Source: Folioceros fuciformis
Lineage: Eukaryota
Length of the DNA stretch: 64,000 nucleotides
Assembly (NCBI GenBank): GCA_049999805.1
Contig: JBNGIO010006370.1
Coordinates: 249,212-313,211 of the forward strand
Direction of reading: 5' to 3'
The translations under genes and the position numbers were made by a program. Numbering within the stretch: position 1 is the stretch's first letter; every line of letters starts with the position of its first letter. The notes beneath the pieces are model-generated. The model did not search any database. It worked only from the letters and a program-made list of their open reading frames with translations, and was not told the DNA's origin. Shown one piece after another: positions 1 to 14,194 of the stretch.

Positions 1-3000
1 CGAGTCCTTGTTTAGTCATTACAGGCCTGCTGTAGCCACCAACAAGGCGTTGTTAGGAGATGAGGTTACACGCACAGGACTGAGCATTCAAGGTTCCGGT
101 ACCTGTCGTTTTCGTCTTGTAGATGGCTCCATCCTTCATTTAGATGACGTTCTGCATGTTCCCCAGATGGCTAAGAATTTGGTATCTGTTAGCCAGCTCA
201 TGTCTCTTTGCCAGTACGACCTGCTGTTCACTTCGTCTGGCTATATGCTAACAAAATGAGGAGGAGATAAGCAGGTCGTAGCACATGGCATTCTGGTCCA
301 TGACTTGTATCTGCGAAGTGAAGCCTAGGAATAGTCTAGCGTCAGCTAGTCAACAATTAGGTTAAACTAAATGAGTTTTAGCTAGGGCTAGATAGCCTAA
401 TGTGAAAAGATACATAAACACAAAAAATACCTAACCGCCATGGCGTATGGCACAAGACACAAGACCTTGCTTTGTTATTACTACTACTACACACGATCAT
501 TCTCAATGCAAAAAAGATGGCTCTGATTTTTGTAGTATCAACTTGATTTTGTCAGCTTACCTGTCGACACAGCACATGTGGCCAAGTTGTCTAAGGCAGC
601 AGAGGCTAGTCTTTGGCATGCTAGACTTGGTCATGCTAATCGTGACAAGTTGATAAAGATGTCTCAACTTTCCTACTATAGAGAGCCCCTGCCAAAATGC
701 TTTAAGGATCTTCCTTCGTGTGACGCCTGTGTTATAGCCAAGCAAAAGGAGATTCCTTTTCCTAGGGCACCTGCACATCGTGCGTCCAACATTCTAAAAT
801 TAGTTCATGCAGACATATCTGGCAAGATACATATACCTAGTCTGGGAGGTGCACAGTATTATTTAACCCTCACAGATGACTACAGCCGTTACTCCTGGAC
901 TTACCCTATTGTTTTGAAGTCCGAGACTTTTACTGTGTTCCAGGAGTGTCTTGCTATGGTGCAGAGGCAAACAGGGTGCTTGCTCAAATGTCTCCGCACT
1001 GACAACGGCACAGAATTTGTGAATGCTCACTTTGACCAGTTTCTGCTTGACAGTGGTGTCATCAGGCAGTTGATTGTGCCATACACCAAGCAACAAAATG
1101 GAGTTGCTGAGCGGCGCCATCAGACCCTATTGGGCATGACAAGAAGCATGTTAGAATGGTCTGGCTTGAGCAAGACTTTCTGGGCGGAAGTAGTGGTAAC
1201 TGCTACTTACATTCTGAATCGTCTCTTGACAAGTGCAATGCCTGGGCAGACTCCCTTTGAAGTCATATGGAGGAGAAAACCCAGTCTTCTTCATCTCAGG
1301 GTGTTTGGGTCTCCAGCTTACGTTTATATCCTGCGGAGAAACGCAAGAAACTCGAAGACAAGGCAAAGCCTATGCTTTTCGTAGGATATGGCGAAGAAGC
1401 AAAGGCATACAAATTATATGACACACTTACAAAGACAGCAGTATTTGCTCGCAGTGTGACGTTCAAGGAGCTTCTTTGCCCAGCCAAGCCCTATTTTGAT
1501 TCTCTGCCACATCACCAGGAGTCCGTTACTCACATTGATCTGACGAACATGGATGATTCTTCAGGTTTTCCACAAGATGATGTTCCTTCAGAACCTGGAC
1601 AGTCCTTGGCATCCGTTCCGTCAGTTCCACCTCCAGATCAGCAGCCAGCTCATGTTCTACCTCCTGTAGCCAGACAGAACCCTGTAGCAGTTCCTGTCCC
1701 TGCTGATCTTCCCCCTCAAGATGCTTTGCCGACTGATCCTCACCCTGAAGATGCTGCAGACCATGCTGATTTTGCAGATGATGTTTCACATACGTCTCTA
1801 TCAGACTCTGCTAGTGACATCTCTGTTGTTGCTGAGGACCCCGCCATCCCTCTTGTTTTTCTTCCAGACCATGAGCCACCTCCTCGTTATCCTACTCGCC
1901 AGCGTCTGCCTCCTTCTCAGTGGGCAGAGCCTCCCTATGCCTCCATAGATTTTCGTAGACCTAGAGCCGGTGTTTCCCTTCCACAATCTTCACCCTCTCC
2001 CTTAGATGCTGGTTCCTCTGTCAAGCCAGAGCCTCGGTCTTACACAGAAGCTATCGAGGGCCCTGACAAGGATTTTTGGATTCCCTCTATTCAGGACGAG
2101 TATCAATCTCTCGTGAAAAATGATACAGGGAACTCTGTCCCCTGCCAGCAGGAAGAAAGGTGGTTAGCTGCAAATGGGTTTTCAAGCACAAATTGAACGC
2201 AGATGGTGAGATACCTAGATATAAATCTCGCCTGTGGGTTGTGGGTCTACACAAGTGCCTGGCGTGGACTTCACCGACACTTTTAGCCCTGTGGTTAAGA
2301 CTTAGTCCATCCGCATGATACTAGCCCTCGCTGCTGCCAATGCTTGGGATCTTCAGCAGATGGATGTCTGCACAACATTTTTATATGGCGAATTAGAAGA
2401 GGATATTTATATGGCTCAACCCGAGGGTTTCGCTGATCTTGACCACCCTGATTGGGTCTGTCGCCTAAAGAAAACGATCTACGGCCTTAAACAATCAGCT
2501 AGAGAGTGGTATAAAACAATTGATGCATACCTCAAGTCTATTGGTTTTCTTCAGAATCCTGTGGATGCCAATGTTTACCTCTATGCTTCAGGTGGCCGGA
2601 TTGTTATTCTGGCCTTGTATGTAGATGATGCTATATTAGCATCCAATGATCCTGGTTTGTTAGCTTGGGTCAAGCAAATGCTACATCAGAAATTTGATAT
2701 GAAGGATATCGGTTCTCTTACCTTTGTTCTTGGTGTTCAACTTGTTCGTGATTTGCCTTCCCGTACTATCATGCTCCACCAAGCCAAGTACATTCGTGAG
2801 ACCCTTCATCGTTCTCAGCTAGAGTCTGCTCATGCTGTTTCCACTCCTGGGGTCCCTGGCGCTAAACTCTCAGTTGCTCAGAGTCCTCAGACTGATGTTG
2901 ACAAACAGGATATGGCCCTTGTTCCTTATCGTCATGCTGTCGGTTGCTTGAATTATATCAGCTGTTGGACTCGTTCAGACATTTAATATGCCGTCAGTGC

Positions 3001-3920
3001 CGTCTCCCAGTTTCTTGATAACCTTGGTAGAGAGCACTGGGGAGCTGTTAAACGCATTCTGCGGTATTTGAAGGGTACTTTGCATTACGGCTTATGCTTC
3101 AGGGGGCGAAATACCGAGACTGAGCTTACCATTGCTGGTTTTGCTGATGCCGACTAGGCCACTGATCCCGATGCTCAGAGAAGCATATCCGCTTACTGCT
3201 TTACCCTGTCAAATGCAGCCATCCACTGGTGTTTAAAGAAGCAATTTTCAGTAGCACTCTCCTCCACGGAGGCTGAGTACAAAGCTTTAACTGAAGCAGC
3301 TAAGGAAGCAATCTGGGAACGCTGTTTCATGAAAGGCCTTGGTTTCCAGCACTCACAGTCGACATCTATCTTCTGTGATAACAGATTAACCATTGCCATG
3401 ACGGCTAACCCAAGATTCCATGCCCGTACAAAGCACATAGAAGTGCATCACCACTTTATTCTCCATTCTGTGGAAGAGAAGGAAGTCAAGATTCAGCACA
3501 TTTCCACATACTACAACCCAGATTCGCAATCTGCCATGTTTGCTCTGTCGCGAGCTCCCTCCATTTGTTGTGACCGCGCTGGTTTGCCCTAACCCTCGTG
3601 CGCCTTCTCCTTTTCTCTGCTCCTCACATACATGGTGATACAAGAGGAATACCGCGATCACGAAGGCACAGAGTGTTAGCAGTGTGTTCACAGTCTCCGC
3701 CATCCGCGTGTCACTCCATTATCAACAGCGTGCTCCGTTTACGGGGGCGTGTTGAGAATGAACCCCCGTTAGGGTTCATGGTCATATAAACTAACTGTCA
3801 TATAACTATAAGCTGTTAATAATAGTTAATTAGGTTATATGAACAGATGTGAATATACACAAGTTTTGTATAAGAGATATTGTGTGATTAACTAAAATCA
3901 TTAGTCTAAGTCTCTATATA
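1..3920 (+). mobile_element. Degenerate Ty1/copia LTR retrotransposon (pol region, PPT and start of 3' LTR); 5' part lies outside the window
   Basis: Copia domain order: protease/pre-integrase (LHVPQMAKNLVSVS; LWHARLGH...CDACVIAK), integrase (VHADISG, LRTDNGTEF, QQNGVAER), FVGY motif, RT (QMDV...FLYGELEEDIYMAQPEGF, LYVDD), RNase H (GFADAD*A, STEAEY, RTKHIEV). Several stops and frameshifts. PPT-like ACGGGGGCG at 3741-3749 is followed by TGTTGAGA at 3750. The LTR end was not resolved, so the end coordinate is approximate. Confidence 0.93.
312..534. mobile_element. 223-bp solo-LTR-like insertion nested in the copia pol gene
   Basis: Flanked by the 5-bp direct repeat GTATC (307-311 and 535-539). 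Starts TGCGAA and ends TTTGTA (a decayed TTCGCA). Removing it plus one repeat joins the frames of ORF 8..259 and ORF 578..1384 (..HDLYQLDFVSLPVDTAHVAK..). Confidence 0.8.
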
Positions 3921-3993
3921 TTCTCCTTTGAATTGGGCAATGACTTTTCAAGGTTGAACAATGACTCCAAAAAGGTTTATAAGAGTTATAGAA

Positions 3994-4116
3994 ATGATGT
4001 GCTTTCTCCTTCCTCTATAGCGGACTTCTTTCGACAACAAAGAGTAGTGGCCAATGATGATGTGCTTTCTCCTTCCTCTATAGCGGACTTCTTTCGACAA
4101 CAAAGAGTAGTGGCCA
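3994..4116. repeat. Two-copy tandem duplication, 63-bp period
   Basis: atgatgtgctttctccttcctctatagcggacttctttcgacaacaaagagtagtggcca occurs at 3994 and 4057. Confidence 0.9.
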
Positions 4117-4619
4117 TTGCGGTTTTTTAGAACAGCAATGAGCACATGTTAAGCGGGTTCTTCGGCCCCTAAGCTAGATGGTAGGTAGCTCTTTTATAAT
4201 TCCACATCATGACATTTTGGGAACAATAGGTAGTTTTTGAGAATCATGTTTGAAGCGGCTAGCACCCCTTTTGGCCTTTGAGCCTTGTCGGCTTCCTCTA
4301 TCTTTGGAATAGATGAGACTATTCATTTTTTTCATTAATAAAAAATAATAAATAAAATAATATGCTAAAAAGAGATTTATTCAACCTATATGTTTTCTAC
4401 ATATTTTATATATAAATAGAAAAATAATGTAGAAATTTATCTTCCCTTAAAGAGGCGAGACAAAGTTGATAGGGGTATTAGAAGCTCATCCCTTAGAAGC
4501 TCATCCATGAAGCCACTGATCTTGAAAAATACCCTTAAATATCATGGTCTAAAAGAAGAAAGGGTTTACCTCATCCATGAAGCCACAAATCCTGAAAAAT
4601 ACCCTAGAATATTATGTTC

Positions 4620-5240
4620 CAAAAGGAGAGAAAGGGTTTACCTACCATTGGAACCACGGTCATTACCTCTAATGCCATTGTTGTTATTATTTCTTCCTAT
4701 GTGCCGCATTATCCAACTCTCACTTTAGGTCATTACCTCTAATGCCATTGTTGTTATTATTTCTTCCTATGTGCCGCATTATCCAACTCTCACTTTAGTG
4801 CAATGGAAACTCTCGACCGGAATAATGCTACTATATATAAAAGAGGAAGATTAAGCCCCTTTTCTTATTGTGAACCGCCTTGGCAGAGGTCTTTAGAACT
4901 TTAGAACTTCGAAAATACCTTAGCCAGTATGGTCAATATGGGTCTCAATGGCAAAGGGGATAAAGGTGTCTCCAACATGCAAAGGAGTGTACTTGTGAAT
5001 CTTAACCAATGCGCTCCGCTCTACCCCCAACCTAGGGAGGTTAGGACAATATACTTGCAAACCATCGCGGGATCCATTACCACTATATCAACAAAGAAAC
5101 CTATTCTACCTAGATGGGAAAAAGGTCGGGCCCACAGAGAAATGCCATCAACCAGAGTGTATGAGCGCTACCTAAACGGAAGGAAACCGGCCTCATTGGC
5201 CAATGAAAACATGACATCACACTTGCATTGTGTGAAACAA
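4620..5240 (-). mobile_element. Degenerate 3' fragment of an RLE-type (CRE-like) non-LTR retrotransposon
   Basis: Colinear nucleotide similarity to the 40790-41350 region (e.g. aagaggaagattaag..., gtgtacttgtgaatctt.acc.atg.gctcc) and in reverse to 39690-40250. Boundaries are approximate. Confidence 0.7.
4658..4798. repeat. Two-copy tandem duplication, 70-bp period
   Basis: ggtcattacctctaatgccattgttgttattatttcttcc...cactttag occurs at 4658 and 4728. Confidence 0.9.
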
Positions 5241-6100
5241 TACATTTGTCTTCCAACCGATAAGTACCACACATGTAGGAAACATGTGAAAGAAGATTTA
5301 GAGATCTACCTAAATCTAAGTGTGAAAGAAAGATTTACTTAACCTTAATAAATATAGTTTATATATTTATTATTTTAAATTTTTTTAAAAAAACTATTTA
5401 AGATCACAAAAGCTTTAATTCTTCTCATTGTGTGTTTTTTTTTAGTTTGGATGTTTAAAAACCGAATTAGAAAGCAAAAGAAAAAAATCTTATCAATATT
5501 TAATCTAAGTTTTTTTATTTAAATATTTTAATTTTATATTAAAAAATAGATTAAAACAAGCTACTACGAAAGACTTTGTGCTCATGCCACATGCATAGTT
5601 ATGTTCAAGAGCAAGAAAAGGTGGTAATCAGCTATATTTGGTTTCTCTCGTCATTTGGCTTCTCGCTTCTTGCACAACTCCAATGCTAATCACTATCACC
5701 ATATAATAATCACCTCTAATCGAAAGGCTTGTTGATTCTTTGGAATGTGTGAATCTCAAGAGTACTTTTACTACTAGAATGGTCATGTTGAGATCATTCG
5801 TTCTAGGAGACTAGAGTTAAACATTGCCTTCATCTTTACACTTTGTTTCATCCTCCAGTTCTTTCAAGCATCTAAGTTTTCATACAAAAGATGAGTTTTC
5901 ATAAAGCAATTTGAGAATAAAGTAGTATAATTATAAGTAGAACTACCCAGTATCTACATGTTATCTAATTCATTACTAATCTATCACTTGACCCGTAAAG
6001 AAACCAGTGGAGCCACCTTTGTTTCATTTTTTTTTGGTAAATCTATAGAATAAACTTTATAATAATAAAATTATAATTATTGAAAGGTTTCCAAGAGGTA

Positions 6101-6181
6101 TTCTAAGCTAGATTTAAGATTCTATGGACATCCTTGTCTTCTAAGTTAGATTTAAGATTCTATGGACATCCTTGTCTTCTA
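6101..6181. repeat. Two-copy tandem duplication, 38-bp period
   Basis: ttctaag(c/t)tagatttaagattctatggacatccttgtc occurs twice. Confidence 0.85.
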
Positions 6182-6498
6182 GTCTTTGTGGAAGACATGA
6201 CACCTCTTTTGAGAGTTATATAATTTTTAATATATTCTAGCACTTAAAAGTAAATCCAAAGTAAAGGAAACAGATGTACATACGAAGAACCGAAAAAAGA
6301 TACCCCGTGCATCGCCAGGTGTAGAGCTTTTTGTGCACGGTGAGAGGAGTAGGGTTACCCCATATATCCACACGCTTTCCAACATTAATGTTGCGTGGGG
6401 AATGCTTCTTCTCCATCCTAGTTGCCACAGTCATTGGCATCAGGGCTAATTCTACTGATACAATATGGTACACGGAAGGGGACGTGTTCACGAGATGT

Positions 6499-8630
6499 TC
6501 ACTGCGAATCGAAGCTAGTGCTACTGGCATAGAAGTCAAATGAGATGCCCTGGAATGCGGGTGACCTATCTACAGACAGTCCCTTGTGACGGCCCTGGCA
6601 GCTGGCAACACACAAGTCCAGCATTTTCTTCAACTTTCCTTTGCCAACTAAAGGTTGTGCATACATCTCTTCAATAGGCATCCACTGCACCACAAATGCG
6701 CATCATAGGTTAGATGAGGCAGGGTGGGGAAAGTAGCAACACACAAGGGTTTAACGCCTTCTACCTGGGCAGCGGTTATTTCAGACTCCTGCTTCACAAT
6801 TTTCGACGAGAGGGGTCGCAGAACGCACAAGAAGAACAAGTCTGACTTGTCAAACGCAACTTGGTGTCCCTGCCTGGTTCACCAACAATGTATTTGTGTC
6901 AGACCTGCCAGCATGTGCATGCCAATGCTCGGCCACAGTGTACAAGGTATTTCTGAGGTATGTCCTCTCACCTAAATCCCACCACCTCTACAAATTCAGT
7001 ATCAATCTGCAAGCATGAGGACCAGCACAGCATCAGCATCTTCTGGTTGATTTTAATCACGTGCATGCTGCAACCAGGACACCAGGATAGGGAACACTAC
7101 CCCAGTCTCTTCCTTCACTTCCCTCACTGCCCCCGACCAAATGTCCTCACCCTATACAGCACAAACCGCAGAACCGTCATGAAGTCTGCTTCAACTCATC
7201 CTCCAGCTCCCTGGCTAGGAAGGACGCTCTCATGTAAACAACCTTTTACATCACTCATCATCCATGGACTAAACTCAAAAGCCAAAACGAGTGCGCCGCA
7301 GCAATCGGAATGGACACATCAGGAAACAACCTTACCACACAAGTTCCAACCATAGCCAGGTGAACAGGGTGCAGTGCACTGCTTGGGAGAGGGACGGTAC
7401 CTGGTTAATCAAGCCGGTTGGCATCTTCCAGAACCCACTATTTTTTAGTATCCCATTCTTCTCTTGGACCGCTAAAACCTGTCAAGCTGACACTTCCTAG
7501 TTACAAAGAGCACGCACAGACGAAATTGCATCCCAAACGCTGCTGCCCAATGGCAAGTACCTCTCCTTTGTCATTCATCACAAACGCCCCGATTCCAACT
7601 TGGTGTGAGGCATTCGCAGGAAGTGTTGAAGGGGTGTCCGGAAGCCAGTAAGTCAACATCACATAGGCAGGTTCTGCATGGTGATAGCCGAACCCTGCCT
7701 ACACCCACAAACACGACTACAGTAAAAAAAATGAATCAGCTACCCTCAGACCCTATCCCTTTGGCCCTCTTCGGCTTGTTCCTCCTCATTTTCTGGGTAG
7801 ATGGAATCTGCTGTTTCTTTTCCAATAAAATATATGACTCTCTCAGACCTACAACCTAAGCACGTGGGTACGAGGAAAACCTCGATAGCAGGAGCGACCA
7901 GGTTAGCATTCTCTGTGGGCAATTTAAGCCAAATTCCCTTTCTCCGCTGAAACAACCGAAAAAGGAGTCAAAACCCGCAAGAACCAAAGTGCATGGACAA
8001 TCCTGCCTGGCTTGCTAGCTGCATATTCCTACCTGAACCCTCCAGACAGCCAGGGACGCTTGTAACATTCGTTGGAAAGTGGAGGCGTCGGCGGGCAAGC
8101 ATGCGGGATCTACAATAATCCCGTCGTAGTGGTCATGCTCCACCCTGAGAATCTCTGTTTCACCCACATCGTTCAGCTGCCCTGTGGGCCACTCCATGGA
8201 CTCAAACGGCTGCAGACCCACGTCGGAATCCGGTGGAAACGGGGCTACCCCCAGTGTCCGCTGCTGCGGGAGCGGCAGACTGCGGCCTTCCCAGCAGCAG
8301 CGCACCTGAGTCTGCGTGCTCCGCTGCTGGTTGCACTGCCAGCAATGCTGACAGAGGACGCAGAGAGCTCCGGCTACTGTGCCTGCAAGCGGTTAAAAAG
8401 TCAACAAATTTCATTCCGACATCGTCGTTCAAGGCCTGATTCCAACCCCAAATTCGGAAATCAGCGCAACCAAGCAAGGAACGCCATACGGCAAGAGGCG
8501 AAAGAAAAAAAAACCATGCCATTCAAGGTAAACACAGCAAGGGCGGACCTGCCGACGTGAAACACCGCGATTGCGCCTGCGATGCATCGACACGGTATGT
8601 CAAAGCGGCCAGCCGCACTGCAGCCAACAT
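6499..8630 (-). CDS. NUDX8: Nudix hydrolase, NUDX8/NUDX2-like, multi-exon, with a possible organellar targeting N-terminus
   Basis: Exons encode DHYDGIIVD...LQASLAVWRVQ, KGIWLKLP, GFGYHHAEPAYVMLTYWLP...NASHQVGIGAFVMN, WKMPTGLINQ, the Nudix box GEDIWSGAVREVKEETG, KSDLFFLCVLRPLS and WMPIEE. Introns are GT-AG. The start ATG at 8630 (MLAAVRLAAL) is inferred from a phase-compatible splice. Confidence 0.85.
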
Positions 8631-9133
8631 TTGCGAGCAAGGCGACGGGGCACTGATTGGTCACCACCAGCCGTTTCTTATACGTCGCATTGATAGGAAG
8701 CTCCAATTCAGGGCCGGACCGCTTCTTGTGATGGTCGCCATGGCCCCACGTGGTCCTGCAACCCAACGTTGGTCTTCACGTGTAGCATGCTACCACAACA
8801 CCATTGAGGTGTTCTATACATGTGTACATACATTCTGTGCTAAGTGCGCCTTCGAAAATAGAAAAGAAATGTCAATAATGATAGACAGAATGTTGTCCAC
8901 AAGAGAATATGTATGTACCTCGAACGTTACGTGTAGTTCACTTGCTATGCGAAAGACCAATGCAGATTTGCGTGGGTAGCCCGCATCAGTGATGTTGTTG
9001 ACTGATTTTGGTACCCGTTACCGAACTTTGCGAAGGAACGATACGTCCTCAGTCCACGCTTGAATTGGAGGCGGCAAGGTAGATCGACGTTGAAACAAAT
9101 GGAGAATAAGTATTTAAGGTGACATAAGAATAT

Positions 9134-12100
9134 TTATCTTAACGGCTGCTTACACGAGTTGATGACTTTCTCCACAGACGCTTGTGTCTCGGGAGATATC
9201 ATATTTAATGAGAGATGGAAGGCCTGCCATGTTACCATGTTACAAAGGGAAGACATGGAATGAGCTCCACGTAAGTGGTCCACACAACATGCGCAGCAAG
9301 AGACACATACGAGATTAAAGAGCGCACACTCACCAGGAACCTCTCCAGCACTGGCACTAGCACTTTCAACCCGGCTTTGGGGAGGCGTTCGGCAATTGCT
9401 GAACGTGTATTCTCACTGCAACATAGCATACATAAAAGCGTTAAAACAGCCACAAAACTTGAGAACCAAGGACCTCCAGGGTGCTGGGTTCCATTCACCG
9501 CATAGAGTTGTGAAGGTAGTTCAGTCGGTACTGGCACCCTGGGCTGACCTGCCAGTAGACAAGAATGCGAGAAGTAGCGCGGCATATGCCTCGACGATCA
9601 TATCCTCAGCTTCCCGCTTCAACTTTGCCTCGTTGTGCACCTGCAGCCAAGGTTTTCTTGAGTTTTATGGAGTGGTGTTCATCGCTGCGCATATTAAGGC
9701 CATCCCAATGACGCATACTGTGCGACCATCAAAACTAAGATCTACCGCAGCCGGCCAACAACAAGATGGTGACCTCAGAAGGAACGTTATCTTCTCTCAC
9801 TTCGCCAGCCCCGTACTTGCTTAGGAACACGAGACATAATAAAGATATCATATCCATGTTCTCCCAACATGAATCATTTGTAACCGAAGGTTGCACAATA
9901 TCCATCTTTGCGAGTCGTGCCCTGCATAAAAAGTGCTGTCACAACCCCGTATTTTATCGTACAAAGCAACATGCCCAGGCACAAGAGAGAACTGTACCTG
10001 TTTCCATCATCTTTCTCCACAAGGTTGACAAGGACCCCCAATACTGTAACTAACAAGTCTAAGTCCTCCTCAGCGAGCTTTGGTCTCGATGCCAAATCTG
10101 CTGCCTCAATGCCAACCTGTGCCCTCACCAGCCCTTCACATTGAGGAAGTGAATATGGAACAGCATAATGTTGAACTATCAGTGATGCCATGGTGTCAAG
10201 GCCATTAAATGAAGCGACCTGCCGACACCCAACAGGGTTATCATTGGTCAAATTCATGAGAACCTGCAGACAGCAAGAGATAGATTAGTCAACATACATT
10301 TGGGAAGAAAAGTGAGCACGTGATGAGGAATAGCACAAGTCTGTTATCAGCCACTCTGCACTACAGGTGGTAAGGCGCTAAAATAACCTTCACAGCTGAC
10401 AACAGGCACTCATCAAACAAAGCAGAATCCAGTTGACCAGGGTCTCCGCCAGCATCCACGGCTATGGGTTGCCAGGAGCTTGAGTCACCAGCAAGATTCA
10501 TCTCAGAACTTCTTGCTATTTCATCCATAGAGCACAAACTAAATCGATCAAGAGACAGACTGGAGGACTCTGTCTGGTCCTGAATAGTGTCACGAGCATG
10601 CACGGACTCCCTTATCTCTGATTTCCCATCTACTCTCCATAGCCTACGTCCTTCCTTCTGCTGTGCAATCGCAAGGTCATTGCAAGACCCAGCAGCTACT
10701 GGTTCCTTGGCACTAAATTTCCTACCAACTTCCATGCTCACTAGTTCTAGACACTCCTGGTCGACTTCTTGAGAACCTGATGCGGGAAATTCTGGACCAC
10801 ATAAGTCCTTGTTGCTCTGTCCCCTTTGATGATCTCCAATCTCAGACATTGCAGCTTTAACAACTGCCCGCCGTTTGTAAGACAACCCTCTGGAACTAGA
10901 CGAGACCTGAGATTCTTGAGAAAGTTGGAAGTCAAGCGACTTCGTGCCTACAAGTACAGCTAGGTCATCAGTCTTCCATAGAGGGCAACCACGTCTAGAT
11001 TAAAACTTCAGAGCTGAAAAGAAGAAATTGCATGTACACAAGTACCCTCTTCCTTAGAAGCTGCATGAACTGCCATAGTCACAGGCTCTTCTACAGGTTT
11101 CCGGAAGGAGTCCAGACATGCGGCATTCTCTGCGTCCACGGACGTCCTGTGTGGACTCTTCCGTCTCTTGACTAGTTCTGCCCACAAAGGCACACAACAA
11201 AGCCCTATCAAATGAGTCATGCATTAGGCCACAACAGCAGACATAAGCAGAAAAAGGCAGCCAAAAATAATATTCCATTGAGAAAAAGTCTGAGGCTCCA
11301 AACAAAGTGAAACTAGCTGGCAATTTCACGGGAGTTTAGTCGAACTCCACCTACTCTTCATAGAAACTTAACTAACCTGACAGAACCTTGCTGGCATCCA
11401 GTAACAGCTCAACAAATGAGCTAGGCGCTCTGTTGTCCTTCTTCCGCAGTCTCAATTCCAACAGGTGCTTCTGGAAGAAAACTAAACCTAAATCAATTGA
11501 GCTCAGATGTTTTCAAACCTTCGATGACATCAAGATGATGGTATGATATTGATAACATTAAGATGATGAAAGGCCCTTGCTGACATCACAATGATGACAG
11601 CTTCTTCATTAATCCGAGAAGAGTCCAAATAGATTGACTTTGCTACGCACATATCGAATGTGAGTACTTGGCTGACATGACGTACCCGGTTCGGCTCGCT
11701 AAGAAATGTAACATTTTCCATCACCCGAAAGCATCTCAGGAGCATTCCAGCTCCCCCACATGCCTCTTGACGATCTAATCCAACGTCTCCCTCTTTGAGA
11801 TCAACAGATTTCAACGAAGCCTACCAGCGCTCATGCGTATCAATTAGTACACAAGTCATTCCATTCTAGCATGAAGTCCAAAGAGTCACTACATAAGAAA
11901 TACCAGTTTCTAATCACAAAGCTTACCCTAAGATTGGATACACAACTTGCAGCAATACACGAGACAGTGTCCAGGCCACCAAGTTCACGCAGCCTTTCTT
12001 TAAAGCTCCCGCCAACTTTTTTCACACTACCAGAGACATCTGCATGCGACAAAGCTCCTGTCAAATCTAAGCTCATTGCCAACTCAGCACATAGGAGCAG

Positions 12101-13759
12101 CATGCCACTTTCCACATCAGCACGTCTGTGCATACAACCAAAACCAGCGAGACAGCTAAAATCCCCACTACGACCACAGGGATTGTTTGTCTATGGAAAC
12201 GCCTACAGAAGTAGGCCATGTAGCAATGAGAGGACACATCGCACATGCTTCGTTGAATATTGCACAGAATTAGGCTTAGTTTCCCTGGGAACCTCAAAAA
12301 AACCAGCCCAGATTTGAGAGCTTCCACACTGCAGGTACGAAGACAATGAAGGGGATATACTCAGATGCTGACGAACAACCCAGGGGTAATTCCGTATCAG
12401 ATTACGGCTAATAGAAATACAGCCAAACACTGCAAGACCATGTTGCAACGCAAGTAGCCAAAGAAGCCCTAATTTAGTGAGCCTTTACCCTCCAGAACAA
12501 CAGTCGAGATGCAGGCCTTCTCGAGAGTCAGCAAGGCAAGCCATTTGGAGCTGACCTCCTCCCCGTGCAACCATCCTCTGTCATCCCCTTGTTTGCTCCC
12601 TCCAAATTTCCCATGGTTGTTGCTTCCAAAAAGCTCCCGAACTTTTGCCAAAACTGAGGATGCCCCCGCATCAGGTCCCTGAGATCCAAAATTGCCAGCT
12701 TTCTTCAGGGACGAACCCGAGCTCAGCTTCAGCAGCTTTGCGCCGACAGAAGACAGGCCCCTGCTTCTCTCAGCCCGTTGAGAAACGCCCGCACCAAGTA
12801 GTCTCATCAGGAACTGGATGCACGCGGCCGAATCGAGCAAGTCCTCATCGTGAGTCTGCGCCAGCACAATTCATTCAGCCAGCATGCCACGGCACGAACA
12901 GCACGGTACTCCTCCAGAGCTACAGCTTACATCAATAGCCAACAAATAGAGAACCGCAGCTGCACCCAGCGCGATTGGAGGGTCCTCTGCCGGTAAGGCA
13001 ACAACGGCATCAAGCAAAGGCTTACACATTCTGCAACAAACACCACAAAGCTGCATTAATGTGGCGTGCCAGCAAGATCCGACTGCAAACCGCCACTACA
13101 CACATCTTCAAAAATCCCATCCTTCAAAAACGAGCCATCACCACGCTTCCCAGCGTTAAATCGAACATTTACCCTTGAATTCTCAGAATCCTCCGCTTCT
13201 GCAGCGATCCGCAAAGGGACAAAATGGAAGCGAGGCTAGCCCGCTGCACAAACACCGGCTGGTCATGCCTGAGTCCGTCCATCGCAAAATTAGCTTCATC
13301 CACATGCTCCAGCAGCTCCCCAGACTCCTTCGTCTCCATCAGGCTCGCAGCAGCAGAAGTCCCCCACGCCAGACTACTCCTGGCCGGCTCCGCCACAGGA
13401 GCCACCTTCTGCGACTCCACCTGCGAGCTCTGCAGCAGAACCCGAGCTTGGATGCCTAAGCTGGTGCGCTGTTTGTTCCCATCCTCCACTTTAGACCGCT
13501 TCGCACTCGGGTGACGGTCCGGCAGCCTACGATCCTTCCGAGACCCGGGCTTCTTGAGCCTGCTACTGGAATGCGACAATTCCGGAATCTCCAAGGCCCT
13601 CACCACATCATCGCCACAGTTCCGGAGCTCGTCCAGCGCCGACAAGGAGGACGTGAAGGACTCCTGCGAGCTACTCCACACGGAGTTGGCACCGATCCCT
13701 GGATCTGACAGGCTGCTGCGCGCGCCGCGCTGCCGCCGCTGGTATGTGCGGACAATCAT
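9134..13759 (-). CDS. WAPL: Wings apart-like cohesin release factor, multi-exon
   Basis: Start MIVRTYQRR; motifs LMETKESGELLEHVDEANFAMDGL, KWLALLTLEKAC, FKERLRELGGLD, LLRCFRVMENVTFLS, VLMNLTNDNPVGCRQVA, DLLVTVLGVLVNLVEKD, EAEDMIVEAYAALLLAFLS, LVPVLERFL, AFHLSLNMISPET. Stop at 9134-9136. Confidence 0.92.
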
Positions 13760-13794
13760 CTGGCCAGCAGAATGAGCCTGTGCGTCGCTCCCCC

Positions 13795-14194
13795 NNNNNN
13801 NNNNNNNNNNNNNNNNNNNNNNNNNNNNNNNNNNNNNNNNNNNNNNNNNNNNNNNNNNNNNNNNNNNNNNNNNNNNNNNNNNNNNNNNNNNNNNNNNNNN
13901 NNNNNNNNNNNNNNNNNNNNNNNNNNNNNNNNNNNNNNNNNNNNNNNNNNNNNNNNNNNNNNNNNNNNNNNNNNNNNNNNNNNNNNNNNNNNNNNNNNNN
14001 NNNNNNNNNNNNNNNNNNNNNNNNNNNNNNNNNNNNNNNNNNNNNNNNNNNNNNNNNNNNNNNNNNNNNNNNNNNNNNNNNNNNNNNNNNNNNNNNNNNN
14101 NNNNNNNNNNNNNNNNNNNNNNNNNNNNNNNNNNNNNNNNNNNNNNNNNNNNNNNNNNNNNNNNNNNNNNNNNNNNNNNNNNNNNNNNNNNNNN
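13795..14194. other. Assembly gap (400 N)
   Basis: Run of N beginning after a C-run, upstream of the WAPL ATG. Confidence 1.
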
